From NCBI GenBank assembly GCA_051294375.1, contig JBJCIZ010000419.1, positions 1 through 6,140 on the forward strand: a stretch of DNA of 6,140 nucleotides, in the 5' to 3' direction. Made by a program: the position numbers and the translations under genes. Of this stretch, positions 1 to 5,815 are shown in pieces. How positions within the stretch are numbered: position 1 is the stretch's first letter; each line of letters begins with the position of its first letter. Source of the DNA: Paraspadella gotoi. Lineage: Eukaryota > Animalia > Chaetognatha. The notes beneath the pieces are model-generated. The model saw only the letters and a list, made by a program, of their open reading frames with translations, made no database searches and was not told where the DNA came from.

Positions 1-66
1 TAATCAGTTAATTAATCAATTAATTAATTAATTAATCAATTAATTAAATAATTAATAAATTAATCA
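1..66. repeat. (AATT)n-like low-complexity tract with AATC variants
   Basis: Almost entirely TTAA/AATT/AATC units; runs off the left edge of the window. Confidence 0.95.
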
Positions 67-109
67 AAAAATCTTAAAAGCATAAGGATCGTCGCAATTG
101 CATAATTGC

Positions 110-156
110 GAGAGAGAGAGAGAAAGCAGGAGAGAGAAAGAGAGAGAGAGAGAGAG
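110..156 (+). repeat. Interrupted (AG)n microsatellite
   Basis: Seen directly; follows the ATCGTCGCAATTGCATAA motif at 88-105. Confidence 0.95.
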
Positions 157-270
157 GGAAATAAAAAGGAAATTAAAACTTGATGTTGCAATAGCAAAAT
201 GATAACATGCACGAATGCGATGCATAATTTTACGAGTTCAATCCTAATTCAATTTTTTTTTAACAAAAAC

Positions 271-272
<2 letters not shown>

Positions 273-300
<28 letters not shown>
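273..300 (+). repeat. (AG)14 microsatellite
   Basis: Perfect AG run; produces the ERERE stretch of ORF 199..489. Confidence 0.97.
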
Positions 301-303
<3 letters not shown>

Positions 304-317
304 GTTTTCGGACGAAT

Positions 318-386
318 CAGCAGCGGCAGCAGCAGAGACAGCCAGAAAAAAAGAAAGAAATCAAAAGGCAGCAGCAGAAGCAGCAG
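318..386 (+). repeat. CAG/purine-rich low-complexity tract
   Basis: CAGCAGCGGCAGCAGCAG and GCAGCAGCAGAAGCAGCAG separated by A-rich sequence. Confidence 0.7.
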
Positions 387-500
387 GAGAAAAGAGAGAA
401 AAACAAAGAGCACCTGCAGAGCCTTCTGCAGACTCGTTTTTTTCCTGATGAATCAGCACTGGGGAAAAGGGAGAGATAGCTACATATAATTAAAAGAGAA

Positions 501-650
501 AATCAGTTAATTAATCAATAATTAATTAATCAGTCAATTTATCAATCAATTAATTATTCAATCAATCAATTTATTTATCTATTAATTAATTATTTAATCA
601 ATCAATTCATTTATCTATTATTTGATTATTCAATCAATCAATCAAGTCAA
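501..650. repeat. (AATT)n/(AATC)n low-complexity tract
   Basis: TTAA, ATCA and ATTT units; 509-539 is identical (31 nt) to 982-1012. Confidence 0.9.
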
Positions 651-780
651 TCATTATCGGCATTATTCTCATCGTCGTCATTGCTTTTGTCATGGTTAGT
701 GACGAAAATACCTAAAACAAACATTTCAAATCAAATTAATTAACTAATTGCCTAATTAATTGCTCATGAGTGGATGGGGC

Positions 781-1330
781 AATTGACCTAGAATTTTGTA
801 TGTGGGTAGGAAAGTGTGTGATTGAACAGGAAAACAAGTTTCGATGGAATCGTTTGAGTGGAAATGAGTTTAAATGGAAAAAACAAAAAATTGATTATGC
901 TTCTTTTTCCTTTTATATTAAATGTATATGCAGGATGTATTAATAAATCAAATAATTAATCAGTTAATTAATAAATTAGTCAATTAATCAATAATTAATT
1001 AATCAGTCAATTAATCCGTCCATCCGTCCCACCCTCCCACCTTAGCACTTGAATTGGAATGAAATTTGTGTGTGGGTAGGAAAATGTGTGACGAAGCTTG
1101 ATATAAAGTTTCGGTGGAAACGTACGAGTGGAAATGAGTTTAAATGAAAAAATATGAGTCACATTTACTTGAATCTTTTTATTTATTTTAACCCATGATA
1201 GATTGAGATGAAATTTTGTGAGCCGGTAGGAAAGTGTGAGAAGAAGCCAGATATAAAGTTTTGACGGAATTGTGCAAGTGGAAATGAGTTTAAATGGAAA
1301 AAACATAGTCACAGTTACTTGAATCTTTAT
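781..1330 (+). repeat. Three copies of a ~150-bp repeat unit (about 781-895, 1051-1180, 1201-1330), probably internal tandem repeats of a HINE/Helitron-like element
   Basis: GGTAGG at 805, 1075 and 1225; invariant AGTGGAAATGAGTTTAAATG at 857, 1127 and 1277 (offsets 270 and 150). 1071-1180 vs 1221-1330 match at 88/110 ungapped by manual count. A GTCC-type seed CCGTCCATCCGTCCC at 1016-1030 precedes copy 2. Confidence 0.9.
940..1014. repeat. (AATT)n-like tract between repeat copies 1 and 2
   Basis: TTAA/AATC/CAGT units as in tracts 1-66 and 501-650. Confidence 0.9.
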
Positions 1331-1374
1331 TATTAATGATTACTAATAAATGTTTTTAATTAATTAATGTGAAA

Positions 1375-1553
1375 AAAATGCAATTTAAAAAAATTATGCA
1401 AGTTGAAAAAATGATGCAAGTTGAAAAAATGATGCAAGTTGAAAGAATGATGCAAGTTGAAAAATGATGCAAATTGAAAAAATGATGCAAATTGAAAAAA
1501 TGATGCAAAATGAAAAAATGATGCAAGTTGAAAAAATGATGCAAGTTAAAAAA
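1375..1553 (+). repeat. 18-bp minisatellite, consensus ATGATGCAAGTTGAAAAA, 9 units plus one degenerate unit
   Basis: Units start at 1393, 1411, 1429, 1447 (17 bp), 1464, 1482, 1500, 1518 and 1536; degenerate unit at 1375-1392. Confidence 0.97.
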
Positions 1554-1584
1554 ATTTTAAAAGCAATCGTCGCAATTGCATAAA

Positions 1585-1592
<8 letters not shown>

Positions 1593-1632
<40 letters not shown>
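1593..1632 (+). repeat. (AG)20 microsatellite preceded by an A-run
   Basis: Perfect AG run; produces the SLSLSL stretches in two minus-strand ORFs. Confidence 0.97.
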
Positions 1633-1635
<3 letters not shown>

Positions 1636-2321
1636 TCCGCGTACAACGTTGCATTTAAAGGAAAAAAACGACTCTTTCCACATAACTGTTCCGTGGTTAC
1701 TTACAATGTTGATTAACTTTGTACCAAACACAAATTTGGCCGAACGTACAGGATTGGTTAAAAACATCTCACCAAGTTTCTAATGATAAAAAGTACCATT
1801 TGGCAACTTTTAGCAAAAAAATTATGTCCATTTTGATCCATTTTTACTTACGACTTCTGATTTTGAATGCCAAGGAAAGTTGAGAAAATTTTTTACTTTG
1901 GGAATCGTTCTATCATATCTTCTTTACCCTGGGTAAATTTATTATGCTTAAATCATTTATAGTTTGCCTATGAAATTAATTTAAAGTTAACAAGTCAAAA
2001 AGTTGGAGTTTCAGTTTTATCATATATTTGTTAAACAATAAATAATCAAATTGGTTGAAATTAACAGAAAATTATGCCTATTGAATAAGCTTTTAACACC
2101 ATAAAATTTATCAAAAAAACTTTTTTTGTACCACTAAATAATTTTTAAAGACGTCTATTTAATTTGTGACTTTTGTGACTTGCATTTATTTTTGATAAAG
2201 GAGAAAATGTGTTCAACCATTTAATTATTTTAAAAGATGAGGTACAATACTGACGTTGATAACAAAAAAAACGCGGCATCCTTTTAATCCACATGGAAAG
2301 CATCGGACTTTGTTTTTCTCG

Positions 2322-2367
2322 AAATCGACAGATTTTGCGGAAAATTTTCCGCAAAATCTGTCGATTT
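2322..2367. repeat. Perfect 46-bp palindrome with no spacer
   Basis: AAATCGACAGATTTTGCGGAAAA (2322-2344) is followed immediately by its exact reverse complement TTTTCCGCAAAATCTGTCGATTT (2345-2367). Confidence 0.98.
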
Positions 2368-2479
2368 ACAAATTGCTAGCAACCAAATGAAAGAAAAATA
2401 CCTGCCGTTTTACCAGTCTTAATTTCTTTCTTATAATCTAATATAAAGTTTTCTTTTCTAATTGGTCAATAGTAAATGT

Positions 2480-2817
2480 AGGAGGGAAGAGAAAGGAAAA
2501 CTCAAAAGAAAAGAAGGGAGAGAATGACACAGAGAGGGGAAACGGCAAAAAACAGAAGGCAAATGGGGAAGAAAATGTGAAAACATTGTAAAGTAGCAGA
2601 TAAGAGGGAATAAATGGAAAGAAAAAAGGGGAAAAAAAGGAAGAATGAAATGAGAAAAAAGGTCAGAAGTAATAGAGTGAGCAGAAAAGGTAGGGACCGA
2701 AAAAATGGTAAGTGACAGCGTGAAGAAGTAAGGGAGGAAAGAGGAAGAGGAAAATATAAAGTAAGAGAGAAAAGAGGTGAAGAAAAATTAATCAGGAAAG
2801 CGTATAAAGCAAAAAAA
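2480..2817 (+). repeat. Polypurine (GA-rich) low-complexity tract
   Basis: Strong A/G strand bias over ~340 bp with no regular period. Confidence 0.85.
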
Positions 2818-3208
2818 TTGTATCAGATAATGTGGCCGTCCTTACCTAAACATCTTTTGGTAGGTAAAAGAAATGAGATTCTTATAGGATTCGATTCTTA
2901 AATCATCTGTACCAAAAAATTCAAAAATACTTATATTCTAAATGTAAGAGATTAATGAGATTAGATTGACAAGCATTGAAAAATCATGTCTTACCGTATT
3001 TTTAACTCATAGAAATTACATGGAAGTTCTAAGTGATAAGAAAGAGATACTTAGAAGTCTACCGTTGTTTTAAATGAAGAAGCTTCGTACTGAACCCATG
3101 AGATCAAGAAATATGGTAATTATTGGAAGTTCAGATTTCGTTGTCTAAAAAACACCGATTGTACGCGGACCTTAGAGAGAGTTAAGGACAAAAATTGAAC
3201 ATACTATA

Positions 3209-3380
3209 TAATTATTAATTAATAAAAAATTAATTAATTAATAATAATTATTTATAATATTAATAATAATTATAATTAATTGATTAATAATTAATTAATA
3301 ATTAATTAATAATTAATTAATTAATAGTTAATTAATTAATAGTTAATTAATTAATAGTTAATTAATAATTAATTAATTAT
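3209..3380. repeat. (AAT)n/(AATT)n tract including a 15-bp unit TTAATAGTTAATTAA (about 3 copies)
   Basis: Nearly pure A/T; directly abuts the family A 3' terminus. Confidence 0.95.
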
Positions 3381-3419
3381 CGTAGGCAGATCCGACATTG
3401 TTTGCTCAAACTTGTTTTT
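3381..3419 (+). mobile_element. 3' terminus of a non-autonomous Helentron/DINE-1-like element (family A)
   Basis: Order is subTIR GCAGATCCGAC (3386-3396), short stem-loop GTTTG-CT-CAAAC (3400-3411), then TTGTTTTT. This matches the known HINE 3' layout of subTIR, hairpin and T-run. A near-identical inverted copy lies at 5778-5815. Confidence 0.7.
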
Positions 3420-3551
3420 GCATAATTTATCATAATTCGATGTTCTGACATGATATAAGTGTGTGCCCGACAATATTGAGGGGGCGGACCGACGGACCGA
3501 AAAAGTGAGTTATAGAGTCGGGATCTGCTGATAAGCAGATCCGACTAAAAA
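3420..3551 (-). mobile_element. 5' terminus (truncated copy) of family A HINE
   Basis: Minus strand reads TTTTT-AGTCGGATCTGCT-TATC-AGCAGATCCCGACT-CTATAACTCACTTTTTCGGTCCGTCGGTCCGCCCC. That is a T-run, a subTIR paired with its inverted repeat (3516-3546), then a GTCC/GTCG microsatellite seed (3484-3500), the typical DINE-1/HINE 5' layout. The left boundary is uncertain. Confidence 0.75.
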
Positions 3552-3795
3552 CGAAAAATATCAGATTGTTCCAAAATCGAATGCCTTGAATCTGATATTT
3601 TTTCAAAATGCAAAATTTTGGTTCAGAGTCTAGAGCTAAAATTCTGAACAAAAAAATGTTTTTTTCGAAAATTGAATTATTCTATCTTCTTCAATAATTA
3701 AAAATTAATTAAACATATTATTCTTGCATATTAAGCAGCCAAATTTATTATGCATATTGGCAAAAGATTGCTCTTTTGAAAAATATTTTTGAAAA

Positions 3796-3836
3796 TCTCT
3801 TCGGATGCGTGGGTTCGAATCCCACCGCTGCCACCA
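3796..3836 (+). pseudogene. 3' half of tRNA-Leu (AAG/TAG-type) including CCA; extended primer-binding-site-like sequence on the minus strand
   Basis: T-CTC-TTCG-GAT-GC (variable arm), GTGGG-TTCGAAT-CCCAC (T arm, B box), CGCTGCC-A (acceptor strand and discriminator), CCA. It matches the metazoan tRNA-Leu 3' half as I recall it, with one mismatch (3806). There is no D arm, anticodon arm or 5' acceptor strand upstream. Confidence 0.88.
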
Positions 3837-3842
3837 CATTTA

Positions 3843-4159
3843 AGTAAGAAGACAGATATTTCAACATGAAACCAATATTTCACAAGCAAAGAACGGTGTG
3901 AGAGTTTACAGGCAGATTGAATCTATACAGAAATGGTCAGTATTTATACAGAGCCATCGGATCATCGACATGGGTTCTCTTCCCGATGGCATGAAGCCCC
4001 TCTTCTCATTGGTTGATTGCGGAGGTGATTAATCCAATCAGTGAGTTCTTGGTTGATTTCAGCCGAGTCTCTGATCCGGTTTGATTCCAATAAGAATCCA
4101 ATTCGATTCCTTGGTTTAGATTCCACCTTTGATGCTGTTAATGATGATGGTCTTTTACA
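3843..4159 (-). mobile_element. Putative solitary LTR of a tRNA-Leu-primed (Gypsy-like) retrotransposon
   Basis: On the minus strand it starts TGTAAAAGAC and ends GTCTTCTTACT (imperfect terminal inverted repeat). CCAAT (4012-4008) lies ~60 bp upstream of TATAAATA (3948-3941). The end is 6 nt before TGGTGGCAGCGGTGGGAT. It is visibly more GC-rich than both flanks. Against: no terminal CA, no canonical AATAAA and no TSD. Confidence 0.55.
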
Positions 4160-4480
4160 ATAAACAAGTTAAAATATAGATAAAAAGAAAAAAATGTTTT
4201 GTAATTCTAGTTCATTCTAATTCATTTGCATATTTTGTACTATTCCCAGATAAAAAAAATATTTACTAATGAGTCTGAAATATTGCTCTTTTTCTGTAGA
4301 TAATGAATATCTATAGTTAAAGCTCATTATGTACATTCGTAAGGTAACCAAGGCTCTTAACATAATGCTACTACAAGTTAACGGTTAACGGTTAATAAAA
4401 GGGAACTATTACAGAGATTTCGATTAATGTTTTACGTCAGGAGCTATCGGATTTTAAAGACGAAAGAGAGAGAGAGGTCA

Positions 4481-4493
4481 GTTGCTTAGCAAC
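4481..4493. promoter_or_regulatory. RFX X-box-like palindromic motif GTTGCTTAGCAAC
   Basis: GTTGCT-T-AGCAAC fits the RFX X-box pattern. It lies next to (AG)6 at 4465-4476 at the start of a CpG-richer segment. Function is not shown. Confidence 0.4.
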
Positions 4494-4798
4494 CACCGGT
4501 TTCCACGGTGAGAGGTTCCATTTGACTTAAAACGTTCTCTATAAATCTCGGGAGGAGCTATTGTCTATTTTAAATTAACTTAAGAAAAAGCAATTCCCAC
4601 GGGGCCATGAACCGAATCGGTCATTTTTTTCAATTTCGTTCCTTGAAAGAGACGACGACTCAGAACTTAGGATGTCACCTCGATCCCCAATGTCGTTTAC
4701 GTCATCGTTGACCTCGTTGTCGTCGTCTTCGTCTACCTCGTTTATTTGTTGTCTACGTTTTTCTCGTCGCGTTCCTCGTTGTACATATTTACAACCTC

Positions 4799-4827
4799 CG
4801 TCGTCGTCATCGTCGTCGTCGTCGTCG
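4799..4827 (+). repeat. (TCG)n / (GAC)n trinucleotide microsatellite
   Basis: CGTCGTCGTCATCGTCGTCGTCGTCGTCG. Confidence 0.9.
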
Positions 4828-5000
4828 CCTGCGCTCCTATCGTATTTATGTTAACGATATCATCACTGTTGACACTCTTCGGTCCTCACGTGAAATTCAC
4901 TGAAGAAACTGAATGAGTGAGCTGCTGAAATACCTATACGCGCCCCTTCTCAGTGAAATGTGAGATATAGGAAGCCGCTATAAAAAAAGAAGCCAGTGAC

Positions 5001-5095
5001 TTTTTATCAAGCCATGACCGGCGAAGCCGGTTCAGGCTTGAATATTGTCGGTGAGCTTCTTGTGACGTAGTCGTCGTCTCGTCGTCGCGTCACGC
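5001..5095 (+). mobile_element. 5' terminus of a second HINE-like family (family B)
   Basis: TTTTTA, then hairpin TCAAGCC-ATG-ACCGGC-GAA-GCCGGT-TCA-GGCTTGA (5007-5041), then a (GTC)n-type microsatellite at about 5070-5091. Same layout as the family A 5' end but a different sequence. Confidence 0.65.
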
Positions 5096-5219
5096 TGTTT
5101 TAATAAAACTAACTTACGCTTTTATAGGTTTGCTGTCACTTACCGTTTTTTTTAAAATAAAAATTATATGAATTATTCTAAAGTTTTACAAAAGTGTGCG
5201 ATCATAGTAAGTAAAAAAT

Positions 5220-5491
5220 AGATATGGCTTCTCAACTTGAAATACTTTGATATTTTCTTATTACAATTGGATTTAAGTATTTTTTTTGTTTGAATTTCAA
5301 CTTCATTATGATTTACTGCAATATGCAAATGAGATTATAGTACTGATTATAATAATCCAAATTAGTATATTAGAATGCTTTAAGCTAATTTACATATTGC
5401 AGTATATAATATTGAAGATGAAATTCAAAAAATTTTTTTAATTCTAATAAAAATGGGAACTCAAAGGATTTTTTAATGAGAAGCTATATCT
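5220..5491. repeat. Degenerate long inverted repeat (foldback), arms ~110 bp, spacer ~50 bp
   Basis: 5286-5333 vs the reverse complement of 5385-5432 match at 41/48. 5220-5234 vs the reverse complement of 5477-5491 match at 14/15. The intervening blocks (AAAT.CTTTGA, TTATTA.AATT) also pair. Confidence 0.88.
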
Positions 5492-5605
5492 TAATTTAAT
5501 ACAAATAAAAATAAAATCTTTACAAGCTGCGATTGGAAAAAATTGGAAAAGTTCCAATTGTAAACCATTGTAACATTTTTGCCTTTCTTTATTTATTTTT
5601 TAATT

Positions 5606-5787
5606 ATATATATTTTTTTTTAGGCGCTGCCTTTCTGAATCGTTAAAACGAGTTCAGTTTCTCTCTGTCTCTCTTTGTGTGCGATCTCTTGCGTGATCGT
5701 CGTTTTGAAAAAATTCTGATTATTTTTTTCTTCTAAAACATATATATTTGATCAGGCGCGGCTTTTCTAAATCGTTTAAAACAAGTT
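5606..5787 (+). repeat. Degenerate direct repeat, period ~132 bp
   Basis: AGGCGCTGCCTTTCTGAATCGTTAAAACGAGTT (from 5622) vs AGGCGCGGCTTTTCTAAATCGTTTAAAACAAGTT (from 5754); each is preceded by ATATATATTT. Confidence 0.75.
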
Positions 5788-5815
5788 TGAGCAAACATGT
5801 CGGATCTGCCTACGA
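5778..5815 (-). mobile_element. 3' terminus of a family A HINE in the opposite orientation
   Basis: The reverse complement of 5778-5820 equals 3375-3418 except for one T indel; subTIR GTCGGATCTGC at 5799-5809. Confidence 0.7.

Noticed and set aside
414-431. Small hairpin CTGCAGA-GCCT-TCTGCAG; similar short IRs at 2842-2867 and 4896-4957
   Set aside because: Stems of 7-11 bp with no supporting context are expected by chance.
199-489. ORF of 96 aa (+)
   Set aside because: Made of (AG)n, CAG and A-run translations (ERERE, SSRSS, KKRKK); no recognisable domain.
1007-1312. ORF of 101 aa (-) with an internal 50-aa repeat
   Set aside because: The repeat only reflects the 150-bp DNA period; many differences between units change the amino acid and no protein family is recognisable.
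1393-1553. CRISPR-like array
   Set aside because: Units are head-to-tail with no unique spacers, there are no cas genes, and the context is eukaryotic.
1356-1767. Three overlapping minus-strand ORFs (HHFFNL, CIIFST, FFQLAS, SLSLSL repeats)
   Set aside because: These are translations of the 18-bp minisatellite and (AG)20; a 17-bp unit shifts the frame, arguing against coding constraint.
1633-2290. Possible non-autonomous DNA transposon (TTAAAGG at 1655, palindrome TTTACCC-T-GGGTAAA at 1923-1937, AAAATTATG at 1818 and 2068)
   Set aside because: No matching second terminus or TSD could be identified; the motifs are short enough to be chance in AT-rich DNA.
2145-2354. ORF of 69 aa (-)
   Set aside because: Short, non-ATG start inside the 46-bp palindrome, no recognisable homology.
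3430-3651. ORF of 73 aa (-)
   Set aside because: Crosses a transposon terminus and hairpins; non-ATG start and no coding signature.
3752-3836. Intact functional tRNA-Leu gene or tRNA-derived SINE head
   Set aside because: The 5' half (acceptor 5' strand, D arm/A box, anticodon arm) is absent and only three T follow; SINE heads normally keep the A box.
4672-4854. Ser-rich ORF of 60 aa (+)
   Set aside because: A product of TCG repeats; the opposite strand gives the more protein-like reading.
3467-5051. Shared 11-mer AATATTGTCGG near the 5' ends of families A (reverse complement at 3467-3477) and B (5041-5051)
   Set aside because: It lies on opposite sides of the microsatellite in the two families, and a single 11-mer match is too weak to claim homology.
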